DNA from: Isurus oxyrinchus | Taxonomy: Eukaryota | DNA: 64,000 bases | Assembly: GCA_026770705.1 (NCBI GenBank) | Contig: JANJGN010000034.1 | Location: 3,782,001 to 3,846,000 of the forward strand | Reading direction: 5' to 3' | Shown here: positions 51,715 to 64,000 of the stretch, one piece after another | Layout of the letters: every line of letters begins with the position of its first letter | Position numbering within the stretch: the stretch's first letter is position 1 | Position numbers and translations under genes: made by a program | The notes under the pieces: model-generated | The model's database searches: none | Seen by the model: the letters and a program-made list of their open reading frames with translations, nothing else | What the model was told of the DNA's origin: nothing

Positions 51715-51801
<87 letters not shown>
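51715..51801. repeat. (TA)n microsatellite
   Basis: TA run with a short TG interruption. Confidence 0.98.
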
Positions 51802-51802
<1 letters not shown>

Positions 51803-51809
51803 TTTAAGA

Positions 51810-53050
51810 CATAATTTTTAGGGGAGGCAAAGGGTAGTAGTGTTGGATTTCCAAAAGACGTTAGATAACGTGTCTCTTACACATTTATTAGGCAATATAG
51901 TTGCTCATGGAGCTGTTTATAACATATTAAGGCAGATAAAGGATTAGTTAATGAAAAGTAAAGATGTAGGACTGCCTGGGTGTGATCAGGTTGGTAGGCT
52001 GATTGTAATTTGGGTGGTGTTGAGGCTGGAGGGAAGGGGCGCAGTGCAGTATGCTCTCGGATCACTACTTGCTGCTCATTGAAATTTCAACCTTTATTAA
52101 TTACATACACATGGACTCCAAGTAAAGCATTTGCATTTCATAAGGCGCAAAGCCAAGGTAGGCAGGCAAGCTGTTGGGAGCGCAATTACGGGTGCTAAAC
52201 AGATATACTATTCCAGATAAGTGGTAAGAAAGCGGCAGATGGAGTATAACGCCGAGACTTGTGATGTTACTCAGTTTTGAAGTGAAAACAGTATACTTTT
52301 GAAAAGTAGATTGTTGGTGGGGTTTTTGTAGCTTTATCAGGCACAGAAAGTAAGGATGCATGAATAGGAAGCCTATAGGTCAAGTAATAGTATGTTCACG
52401 TTCGTTGCAATGGGGTGCTGGCAGGGTAGGTCCGGAGGGAAATCTTGCTTCACTTTCACAGAAGTTTAGGAGAGCAAATTTGCAGTCCCTCCGCCAGTTT
52501 TGGCCTTCAGATGAACAAAATGATACCATCATATTGGCGGCAATACAATGGAGATGCGTCAGCTTTGTTGCTGAGCTGAGAGAATTGTAGTATGAATGGA
52601 GTTTGGGAAACACAGCCGAAAAAACTCTGGGGCTCAGAGGAACGTGATGTTTTCTCATTACAAGAGTCTGAATGTCTCGAGGGAGTAAACAAGGAATGGC
52701 TGTTAACATAATGAAAGAGCAATTTACACTAACTTTGTCAAAGTGGGGGGGATGGGGGGGTGTTGGGGGAGGGGCGGAATTCCAGATAGCACTCAAATGA
52801 GAAGAAATACCTTCAAGTAAATTGCTGTGAATGATTGCAGGTTTCTACCGGAGAGGGCAGTAAATGTCTATGGATGGATATCTGTAATGCTGACGTACGC
52901 TGATATAAAGTATTCTACAGTGCAAGTCATATGGGGACTGAATAGTAAAGTGCAAGTAAGGATGAAAATCAGCCATGATCACATAGCATGGTGGGGAAGG
53001 CTAATGTGGTCGCATGGTCTCCATCTGCCTTAATGGCAAATGCTTCCTTG
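51810..53050 (+). mobile_element. Degenerate CR1-type LINE RT and 3' fragments
   Basis: LDFQKTLDNVS at ~51843-51875 and CR1-like tail at ~52960-53040. Confidence 0.65.
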
Positions 53051-53325
53051 TTATTACATTCAGTGAGTAAAGCAAATTTCACAAACCTATGACACCATGG
53101 AATGTACTGATGAACTTCAGCTATCAACGAGGTATTTATCTGCAGCTTAGCGGGAAGCTTCAGAACTCGCAAAACATAACTAAAGAAAAGAACAGTGAAT
53201 TCTTGATGATTTGATCAACGGGCCTTTACATGAATGGTCAGCTCCAGTGCCACGACCACAGCAACTGCGTTGGCTAAAGCGATTTTCAAGGATTTTCAGT
53301 TTTTCTTCGAGAATTCACACCACAG

Positions 53326-55720
53326 ACATATAGAAACATCGCAAAAAGGCGCAGGTGTAAGCCATTCGTCCCTTTGAATCTGCTCCACCATTCATCATGA
53401 TTCTGGCTGATCATCGAACTCAATAGTCTGCTCAGGCTTTCTACCCATACCCTTTGATGCCTTTCGCCCCAAGAGCTATTGCTAACTCCTTCTTGAAAAC
53501 TTAAAAAGTTTTGGTGTCAACTGCTTTCTGTAATATCGCATTCAAAAGGTTTACCACTCTCTGGCTGAAGGCATGTCTTCTCAGAGTCCTAAATGGTCTA
53601 CCCTATATCCTCAGTTTGTGACCCCTGGATTTTGATACCCCATCACTGGGAAAATCCTTCCTCCATCTACTGTCTCTAGTCCTATTAGATTATGTAGGTT
53701 TCTAGAAGATCTCCCCTCAGTATTCTGAACGCCAGCGAATATAATCCCAATCGACTCAATCTCTCCACATATCTCAGTCCCACAACTCCAGGAACAGTCA
53801 GGTAAACCGTCGCTGCATTCCCTCCATAGCAAATACAGCATTCCTCAGAAAGGTGACCAAAACTGCACTCAATATTTCACTTGTGGTCTCACCAAGGCCC
53901 TCAACAATTCCATCAAGATATCCCTGTCACTGAAGTCGAAACCAGTGGCAATGAAGGCTTACTTACCTTTTGCCTTCTTTACCACCTGCTGCACCTGCAG
54001 CCTCGGCATCAGCGATTGGTTTACAAGGGCACCAAGGCCTCCTTGCACATTCCACTCTCTCAATTTATAGCCATTCAGATAATAATCTGCCTTCCTGTTT
54101 TTACTACCAAAATGGATAAGCTCAGATTTATCCACATTATACTGCATCTTCCAAGCTTTCACTCATTCACTCAGCTTGCCCAAATAATACCGAAGTATCC
54201 CTGCAGCACCTTCGCAGCTCACCCTCCCACCCAACCTTGAGTCATGAGCAAATTGGGAGATATTGCAGTTAATTCCCTTGTACAAAACATTAATATATAT
54301 TGTGAATCACTGGGGTCCCAGCTCAGATCCCTATGGTGCCCCACTAGTCAATGCCTGCCATTTGGGAAAAGACCCATTTATACCAATTCTTTGTTATCTG
54401 TCTGCCAACCAGTTTTCTATCCATCGCAATACGCTACCCTCAATCCCAAGTGTCTTTATTTTACACGCCAATCTCTTATGTGGAATTTGTCCAAAGCCTT
54501 CTCAAAGTCCAAATGAACCACATCCACCGGCACCCCATCGGCAACTCTACTAGTGACATCCTCGAAACATTCAAATTGATTTGTCAAGTATCTTTTCCCT
54601 TTCAAAAATCAATGCTGAAACTGTCCGATTCTAAGACTGTTTTCCACGTCCTCAGCTTTAAACCATTTATAATGGACTCTAGATATTTCCCTTTACTGAT
54701 GTCAGGCTGACTGGTCTATATATTGCCATTTGCTCTCTGCCCCCCATAATTAATAGTGGGTTTATATTAGCTGCCCTTCAATCTGTAGGAACTGTTCCAG
54801 AGTCTATAGAATCTCGGAAGATGACCACCAATGCATCAACTATTTCTGTGGTCACTTCCTTAAGTACTCAGGGATGTTGATTATCAGGCCCAGTGGATTT
54901 AGCGGTCTTCAATCCCATCAATTTCCAAAACACCATTTCCCTACTAATTCCGATGTGTTTCAGTTCCTCCCTCTCACTACACCTTGTGTATCCCAGCATT
55001 TCTGGTATGTTCTTCTTGTCCTGCCTTCTGAAGGCGGAACCAAATTATTACTTAACTGACTAGACATTTCTTCGTCCCCCAATATAAATATGCATGTTTT
55101 TGACTGTAAGGGACCTACACTTATCTTCACCAATCTTTTTTTCTCTTTACATACCTGTAGAAACTTTCACTGTCTGTTTTTATGTTTCCTGCAAGCTTGC
55201 TCTCATAGTCTATTTTCGCCTTCTTAATCAATCTATTGGTCCTCCTTTGCTGAATTCTAAAATGCTCCCAATCCTCAGGCCTTTTGTTTTCTTCTAGCCA
55301 CTTTTTACGCCTATTCCTTCCATCTAATACTATGTCTAATTCCCCTCGAAATTCATGGATTGGCCACCAATCCTGTTTTTTTTTTTGCCAGACAGGAATA
55401 AACAATTTGTTACAGTTCACCCATGCACACTTTGAATGTTTGTCATCACTTTTCCACCGTCATCCGTTTAAGTAACGTTTCCCAATCCATCGTATCCGAA
55501 TCGTACCACATACCATCGTAGTTTCCTTTATTAAGATTCAATTCCCAAGCCTCAGAATCAAAAAATTCACTCTCCATCTTGATGAAGAATCCTAACATAT
55601 TATGTTTGCTCATCGCCAGGGAGTGTCGCACGACTAGATTGCCAATTATTCATTTCAAATTACACAAGACCCTTTCGTGGATGGTCTGTTCTCTCGTTGT
55701 TTTCTCAATATATCACAGCC
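53326..55720 (-). mobile_element. CR1-type LINE, 5'-truncated ORF2 with 3' tail, comparatively well preserved
   Basis: ORFs 53959..54162 (WKMQYNVDKSELIHFGSKNRKADYYLNG) and 55127..55420 (PEDWEHFRIQQRRT..KLAGNIKTDSESFYRYVKRK). Confidence 0.93.
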
Positions 55721-56179
55721 ACACTTGCAAGAACAAAGAGTATGTGATGGTGGGAGGGGCGAACGAATTTTTACATGGAGATAATGAAAAACAGGGGAGT
55801 GGGTGATCAATCGGGGGGGGGGGCGGTATGCGGGCGGCATTGGGTGGGATGCGGTGGTGGAGGTGTGTGGGAAAGATCACTTATTCGGCTGCCAACGTGT
55901 CTGCCTGATTCTGATCCAGTTTGGACTGAATAATTGTGCAGTGCCATAACAGAGGCAGAAGCAATCCCACTTGATTAAATTGCGGCACCTAAGCCCTTTA
56001 AGATTGAATAAGTTTTATAGGTGGAGACATGTGATGCAGTGGTAAGCAGCTCACAACCACAACCCGTTTTCAACTTATATCCGCTTCAGAAACAGGCCCA
56101 TGATCTTTTGACATCTGTTCTTTTCTGAATTAATGTATCAATGTGATTGCCACTGTTTCGGCAATAATTTGTTGCAAGG

Positions 56180-57500
56180 ACTTAATCAGCCTTGAGAAGG
56201 TGATGGTGACTTGATTTCTTGAAGCTGTAATTTCACACACGGCGCTCTTGGAAGGGTGACCGAGCAATTCGATGCAAGGAAGTGAAAGAACAGCACTGTA
56301 TTTCGAGGTCAGGATGGTGAGTTGTTTGAGGAGAAATTACCGGTGTTGATGTGTCCATGTGCTGGATGCACATGTCCTTCTAGATGGTTGCCGTCGTGTG
56401 TCTGGAAAGTGCTGTCTATGGAGCCTTGTGCATTCCTGCAGCGTTACGTAGAAAATGTTCACTCTTTTGCAATTGTGCATATTTGGTATCGGGTGTGATT
56501 ATCTATGGATGGGGTGTCAAATAAGCAGGCTGCTTTCCTTTGGATGGTGTTATCCTTCTTGAGTGTTTCTTGAGCTGCATTCATCCAGTCAAGTGGAGAA
56601 TATTGCGTCATACACCTGACTTGTGCCTTGTGGACAGTGCTGGAAAGTCAGGATATGAGTTACTTGCCGATGGATTCCGAGCCAGTGACCTGTTCTTGTA
56701 GCATATGTTTTCTTGCCCAGCTTAGTTTCTGGTCAATGGTATAGCCTAGGATGCTGTTAGTTGGGGAATCAGAAATGATAACCCCATCGAAAGGTAAGTA
56801 GTGATGTGTAGATGATCATTACTAGGCTTTTGTGTGGCTCGAATATTACATGCCATTTGTGAGCCCAAGCTTGGATATTGTCCAGGCCTCGCTGCATTTT
56901 AGCATGGACTGCTTCAATAACTGAATTGTCGCAAATGCTGATGACATTGTGCCATCATGAGCGAACCGCCCTGCTTCTGATTTTAAGTTGGAAGGGACAC
57001 CATTGCTGAAACAGTTGGAGATAATTGGTCCTCGATCACTTCCCTGATGAATTCCTGCAGTGGTGTCCTGCAACGGAGATTATTGGCTTCCAAAAGCTTC
57101 AACTATGATCTGTTGTGCTAGGTATCACACCAAACACTGAAGAGTTTTCCCACGCTTCCCAATAACACCAGTTTTGTAATGCATCCTTGATGCCAAACTC
57201 GGTCAAATTCTGATGTGATGCAAAGGTCAATCACTTTCACCTCACTTGTGTGGTTCAGCATTGTGTCCTTGTTTCCAAGAAGGTTTTAATGCGCTCATTA
57301 GCTGAGCGATTCTGGCAAAGCCTAAAGTGAGCATCAATGAACAGGGTACCACCATCTTCTCAAGGGCAGCAAGGGATTGGCAATTAATGTGGACACAGTC
57401 ACCGAATGCCACATCCCGTGAATGAATATAAATGCAAACTAACTGCCGCTGTCCAACAGTGTTGATGATCCCTTCCATAACTTTACTACCTCTCAGTGCG
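56180..57500 (-). mobile_element. L2/CR1-like LINE RT and 3' remnant
   Basis: ORF 56846..57073 GIHQGSDRGPIISNCF..GRFAHD is a decayed GVPQGSVLGP..FADD. Confidence 0.8.
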
Positions 57501-58539
57501 ACCCTGTATTGCCATGTCAGAATTTTGTACATTTCAGCTAAAGCACCTCTCATGCTTCTAAATTCCAGGCACCGTATACAGAATATGTTCAGGTTTCCAC
57601 ATAAGACAACCCACTCATATCAAGAACGAATATAGTGACTCCGGTTTGCCAACTTCAATACATGCATATCGTTACTTACATTTCGTGAAAAAATGGGAAA
57701 ATATCAGAGCAGAATTCATCTCACAGCAGGGCTCAGTGATTTTAGTGTCCATCCATCGCAAAAAATGTGAACATTCAAACTCTCTTCCTCATTATATGCT
57801 GTTCTTCTATTCTGGCATTTTGTATTCTATAGAGGAGTGCACCAAATTAAAAATGGGAATCAGCAGTTACGTGTTGCATTGCTGCTGAAACAATTCACTT
57901 TGCTATTCATATTGGCAATGTGAATAACATCACACTTGCACAATGTATACTCCATCAGCTGCCCATTCACATGATCTTTATGTATTCTTCTCATGTCGTT
58001 CTCACATATTACGTTGCCCTTCGCCTTTTTTTTTAATAATGCGAAATGGGCTGGTTCTCCTGATACAACATTAACGTTTATTGTCAATATCTGAGCCCCA
58101 GCATTGTTCTGTATTGCATTCCACTCGTCAGAGGATACCAAATTAAAATTGAGCTGTTTATCCAAATTCTTGCTTACTGTCTCTTAACCAACCTTCTAAT
58201 TATGCCAAAACATATATTGTCAATTCCACATGACCTTATTTTGCATAGCAAAGTTTTTGTGCGGCACCTGATCACATTCCTCAGCAGAGTGTCGTAGCTC
58301 CATATATCTTCAACTTTTTCAACAAAGACCTTCCCGCTGTCAAAAAGTCAGCAGTGCACAATGTTCAGCAACATTCAGGTTTCCTCAGACATCAAAGCAG
58401 TCTGGGTCCGTATGAATCGTTCCTGGGAGGTGTGAAGGCTTGTGAGGGTAGGTGCGGCTATCAATCGCGCTTTTCAAGTGCTAGGCCAGAAACATTTTGA
58501 TCAACAAATAATCAAAACAGTTGTCTTCGAAAATCCATG

Positions 58540-59180
58540 GCATTTCCCTCGCTAGATGGCCTCACATCAACAGCCTAGGGATTACCACTTACGAGAAACT
58601 GAGCAGAACTACCTTATAAATACAGCAGAGTTTGGAGACTGTGAATTCTGTGAAGAGTAACTCAGCACCTTACTCCCCAAAATATGTCAACATCTGCAAG
58701 GCATACTTTAATACTGTGATGGAATACTCACCATTGGCATTGATAAATCAGCTCCAACAACACTGAGGCAGCGCAACAACATCCAGAGCAAACCCGTTCT
58801 GCTGATTCGTGCCCCATCTGATACATTCAACAGCACTTCACTCTTTCACACTCGCACAGTGGAAGCAGCCTCTATCATCCACATGGTACACAGCAGGACC
58901 ATATGTGCACTTCTTTGACATTGCATCAAAACCTGTGACCGCTTTCACCAGGCGGTACAAGGGCACCATTATAACTTGGAACTAGTTATCCATTCATTCA
59001 CTGCCACTGTACAAAATCTCAGAAATCCTTTCAATACTGCGTGTTTGTTTTTCTGACAACACGTAGTCTGCAGTCATTCTGAAAGCAACACAGCGCTGCG
59101 TTTTCAAAGGAATTGGGGTTGAGCTGTAAATGATGCTCTGGTTACTGTAGACCACATCCCATGAATGAATATGCATATAT
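58540..59180 (+). mobile_element. L2/CR1-like LINE 3' remnant
   Basis: CKAYFNTVMEYSP at ~58695-58735; tail ccacatcccatgaatgaata at ~59152-59170. Confidence 0.7.
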
Positions 59181-60979
59181 AAAGGTGTTTTTCTGCTGCA
59201 TCATCTCACAGCGTAGATCTGTAGGAGGTACATATATTGTATAAAATAATTCGCTACACAAAATGATCTAATGCGTTAAAGTGTTCATGAAGTTCGGGGT
59301 AAGACGACTGTGAATTAATTAATTGACAGAATCGGGTATACGGGGAAGTTTCAAGTTGCCATGCTTGCACTGATGAAGTGCTGTAATTATCATCGTGGGG
59401 ACAGAATTATGCAAACTTTTTTAATGATATGGATAAACATTTCGTAAAGCATATTCAGCTTTAATGTCGATTTGAAGCTTTGTCGGAATCTAATATGTGA
59501 GGGAAAAATTAAGTGAGGGCAAAGCAATATAGGTAAGTTAAGTGAATGGTAAACCAAATGGAAGATGGAGGTTGTTCAATTGTGTAACGAAAGTGGAAAG
59601 TTACAACATTCAAACAAATTCATCATAATATTAGTTGCTAATGTCATTTAAAATTGATTGCAACAGAAAACACTTTTTTTTGCAGGTATAGCATGTAACC
59701 TTTGGGGCTTTTGGAACTTTGTCATGGTTGAAAAGGATTGGACTGCAAGCATAAACCATATTCGCTGCTAATTCTGTAGGGTTTTGGCGAAGCCACATCA
59801 GGAAATCTATGCAGAATTTTCGCACCAATATCAAAGGATTGATATATTTTTTTTTGCAATGAACACATAATTCATTGGTCCCTGGGACGAAATACTACTT
59901 CGATGATGAGGGGAATAGTACATTAAACATTTCCACCTTGTGGTTTCCAAACAAAAGTGTACTTGTTGTCATTGCAACTCAAACCGAAGTGTACTTACAG
60001 GATATGCATAGAGGGATTGTTTGCCATGGCTGGTGAATCAGATGACGGTGTTGGGTGGGTGGGGCGCTGGGATCCTTCCAAAAAAAGAGGCTGATGACAT
60101 TGTTCTTGAATAGGATGGGTGAACTTCCTTGACGTGCAAATTTGCATAAATCTGGATGGCTTGATTAGCTAACTTTGTGATCACGGAGGGAATCAATACA
60201 GTTGGCTGGAAGGTCCAATTAATAAAGACGGTAGCCATGATCAGCTTAATAGATAACAGAGTAACAGAAGCAAGAGTAGTTCTGCTCCTGCCATTTTCAA
60301 TTATCCTATATTTTGGTGGTGAACCAGCATTTCCAAATTTAGGCATTGATGCCATCATTCTGCAATTCAACATGGGGAGAATAAATATTATATTCAATCT
60401 AGTATTTTAAAATAGATTCAACAGTGTATGATGCAAAATCCCATAGGTATCATTGATTTGCCAGTTGTGTGTTACATAATAGAAGGCAGACCACCTCTCG
60501 CCAGTCTTCTTACATCTTTCCGTCGGGTCTACAAGCATTATAAAGAGCAAAAACTTTGAAGAGGAAATTGTGAATTTGATTTTTTTTCCCCTTTGTACAT
60601 TATAGCAGGTGACTCAATAAAAAGCAGCTCGATACAAGTAACTATCATAGGCGACTAAACGTAACAGGCATTTGAAATACAATTTGACGCTGATTTACAG
60701 CAACACATACCGGAATATCAGTTAAAATTCTTGCTTATAAAGGCACGTTTTATGCATATTTTTAAAGTAGGCCTTAAATGTTGGAAAAGGTGAAGTTTTA
60801 AGTGGGCATTCAAATTTACGGACACCAGTAGTTGAGGGCATGGCTACCAATTGTGCATCAGTGAAGATCGAGGATGAGCATAAGGATTCCAGAAATAGCG
60901 AAGGAGGCGAGCCTAGAGGAGTTTTAAACATAGAGAAGCGCAAAACAATTGAAAAGTGCTGTAGTTACATCAAAACATA

Positions 60980-63108
60980 TGTGCAAATGAAGGGTTGTCA
61001 GCTCAATAGCAAGCAGCCTCCTGTCTGTTTTACATTGAAATTCGGCGTGCATCTCCCTCTAGGCATCTGATGTTTTGCTTAGTTCAACCGTAAGATGCGA
61101 TGGCGGCAGCAAGTGTATTCTCACTTTTGGGTCCAGATAGCAAAAAATGCTACAATAAATAATACTAGGAAATATGTTCTAGAGCATAAAGAATAATTGT
61201 TGTCAATAGAACAATCATTCCCACCCAGTTACCTTTCTCACACTGTCTCAGTTTATCTTCTGTAAATAAAATAATAGACGTAATAAGAAAATCAGTATGA
61301 CTAATATTTCAAGCATTAACATAACAGTTAACGTCAGCATAGCAATATCACTGTGATTGTTCAGAAATTATCCAACAGATGGGTAGAACTTCAATACTGT
61401 ATATAATTGCCCACAGTTTCACATTCAAGGATGCTAATTCGAAAGTTGTTATTCATGAAAGTTTAAATCTTATATTCCTGCCAAAAGAACTGAATATCAG
61501 TTTGGTGGCATTCTAGACAGCCGACAATATAACTCCCATTTGGAGGCAGCAGCATTGGCAAACTTCTAACTTAATGGGTCAATATTGCCCGAGTGGTTTA
61601 TCAGGCACTAGATCTGATTGAATGTTTTTAATTCCTGATGTATGATTTCTATACGTTGATTAAAGTTTTTCTTCGTGAAAATTGTAATATGAAATGAGCA
61701 GACCTTGAGCAAGCATAATAGAATATGCAGTGTTGCAACCGAATAGCTTGAAAGCAACAGGTTTCGGCACCAAATCAGGACTCCACGACATCACTTTCTT
61801 TTCCACTTATATGTACTACTCGAACAAGTTCAAGTTTCTCAGTTTCTGAATACAGAAACCGATGTGAAAGTGTCAACATCAAATACAGATGAATACGTCA
61901 GTTGGCAATAGCCTGGCAGTTTCATCATGTCACTTGCTGCATTTTCGTTGACAACTGTGATCTCCCCCATTAAAACCTGTATCAATTAGTTCAATTTTGG
62001 ATGACATAAGTTAGAAAATACATATTGAGACTGACAGAAGTGCGGCGTTGTATCAAAATAATATTGCAATCACTCCGAAGTCAAGGTAATAAATACATTA
62101 AGTGCAACAACAAGAACAGAATTAGTGTAACTTAAATTTCACGGAACACTTTCTTTTTAGTGCCGAAGTATTACGAAACCACGCATGGTATTTAGGTATC
62201 TGTGTTCCTCTAATTCAGTCCATTTTTGCAACTCAAATGTTAATGTTCAACATTTGGCGTCTATGCATTCACCTGCCTGGGATCTAAGTTCTGGCATTTT
62301 ATTCCACGTTGCATTCATATTCTGTTCTTTACACCATGAAGATGCTGATCAAAAACGAGTGTTAACGCAAACATCTGGTCTAGTGCCAAAATATCTCCTT
62401 GTGCGGTTCGTTGTCAGATATATTTGATAACGCTGCCACATGTGCCCCTGAGGCGTATAGCTGGTTGATCTCAATATGTACGTGTAGCGTCTTGTTTCAA
62501 CTGGTGATCTAATCGATTTTTTCAGAACACGAAGATGATTTGAAAAGTTAGATTGAGATCAATATTTCCTGTTTGTGAGAGGTTATAGGATTCAGGTTCT
62601 TAATCTTAAGATCAGAGCCATCCCATTTTGTAGAGAAGTTAAGAAACTTGCCTTCTAGTCAAATCTTGCAGAGGCATGCAGCTCTTTGCAACATTAAAAA
62701 AAAAAATCTGCATTCTTAATAAACATAGCAAATTTTGCGATAGATGTTTTTCCCAAATTGAACAGCTGCAAGATAACTGATTGGATTTCGCACTTATTGA
62801 AGACCTGGTATCATTAAATGAAAAGACGGCGGACTGATTGCTGTACTTTTGCTCCAACGTTTCTGTAGTGCCAGTAATTTAGCTCGAATATGTGGGGGAC
62901 TGAAAAGTGAGATAGAAATGTTTTGCCGCAAGTGTTTTTTTTTTCCATTGTTTCAAAGCTGCCACTCAGATTCGAAGGGGCAAAGATATTTCAGAATTAC
63001 AACTTAAATATATGATAGTGGGTTTTCTCCTTTAAAATCTAACATTTTTCTTACCTGAAACACGTTGATTAGGATGCAGTTTAGATGTACTCAATTTTCA
63101 ACATGTGT
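60980..63108 (-). pseudogene. Second decayed exon chain (63108-63055, 62683-62652, 61845-61704, 61149-~60980), product unidentified
   Basis: Phases 1-1, 1-0 (AG|GCAAGT donor), 0-1 concatenate to TC*KLSTSKLHPNQRVSELHASARFD*KKLRNLNLFE*YI*VEKKVMSWSPDLVPKPVAFKLFGCNTAYSIMLAQ; fourth segment reads CYLDPKVRIHLLPPSHLTVEL after a 1-nt shift. Confidence 0.4.
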
Positions 63109-63714
63109 CTGATGCAAGTCAATACAATTAAGAATAATGAAGGTCCGCATTCAGTTATGCAGAAGGAGGAGATCCATATATGGTAAGTTATTGAATTCAA
63201 TAGTTAGCGCGGGAGAAAGCGACTTTCTGAGGCACCTTCAATATAATTTTGGAATATGGATGGGAATGTCGATGTAGCTGCCTAGAAACTGAAAAGTTTC
63301 CAGGTCGGTTATAATGTAAACAGGATGAACACGGTCCTGGAGCATTAACAAAGCATAATAACAACACAGGAAAAAAAAAAACGAGAACACATCAAAACAT
63401 AAATGTTACGCAAAAGGAGAACTGACAAAATGATTGAATTACATGGAACGTAGTAGAATGGATAGTACATGATCGATAGTATGGTTTATGTGTTCCACAT
63501 CAGGGCTGCTGCTTCCAATGAACCAGCTTTCAACCTTCTACATCGAACCCTTTTAAAATGTTATCACGCTGCATGTCATTTTGAAGCGCCTTTCCCTTAA
63601 ATACACCTGTTTTATCCACCTAAACTACTTCTTGTAACATCGATTTCTACATTCTGTATTGCAACTAGCTGCATTTCAACATTTACCCGCCGTGCCCGCA
63701 CAGCCAATTCGATT

Positions 63715-63830
63715 TCAAGGCAACAAAGTGCTTTGAAGTGTGGTCAGTCTATCAATGTACAGAAAACAGCAGCCAACTTGCCCACAGCAAACTCCCACAA
63801 ACAACAACGTGACATTGACCAAAATGTATC
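63715..63830. mobile_element. AmnSINE/Deu-like SINE fragment
   Basis: cagcagccaacttgcccacagcaaactcccacaaac resembles the recalled conserved core of this SINE group. Confidence 0.5.
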
Positions 63831-64000
63831 CTACTTAACCCCGTTATTCAAGAAGGGAGGGAGGCAGGGAAAAATAGATGAAAGAATGTATGAATTAACT
63901 AAATATTGATTTATCGAGTAAGTATACAGTTTAACATAATATTAACAAATAAAGGAAACATTTAAAAATAATCATGCAAAAAGTAGCGAGATCAATCAAA

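Noticed and set aside
54244-55475. Several plus-strand ORFs
   Set aside because: Antisense of the CR1 ORF2 at 53326-55720.
62161-62187. 27-nt plus-strand exon-like segment (PKYYETTH)
   Set aside because: Isolated, opposite strand and unrelated to the KDK-type 27-mers.
1-64000. CRISPR arrays, rRNA/tRNA genes or prokaryotic operons
   Set aside because: No regularly spaced repeat-spacer array or RNA-gene signature seen; the sequence is vertebrate-like.

Overview
Eukaryotic, AT-rich, repeat-dominated DNA. Its repeat set (CR1-type and L2/CR1-like LINE remnants, Deu-type SINEs, Penelope-like GIY-YIG elements) points to a cartilaginous fish, most likely a shark; this is inferred, not database-confirmed. 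No long intact single-exon gene is present, and most track ORFs are LINE fragments or their antisense. Reading the minus strand for splice signals reveals a hidden, unidentified multi-exon coiled-coil gene (~50950 to ~6640). Its outer exons are disabled, but five microexons (36-27-36-27-36 nt, all phase 1, GT-AG, no stops) are intact and splice into 54 codons with a hydrophobic residue at every 7th position. Each 36+27-nt pair (21 aa, three heptads) sits in one copy of a degenerate ~9.4-11 kb tandem duplication. Also present: a divergent histone H2B pseudogene (139-513, minus), a second phase-compatible decayed exon chain (~60980-63108, minus), short Penelope-derived insertions with TSDs and minimal hammerhead-ribozyme-like motifs, a perfect 225-bp inverted duplication, a candidate solo LTR, microsatellites and a 230-N gap. 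Repeat boundaries are approximate and were read by eye.
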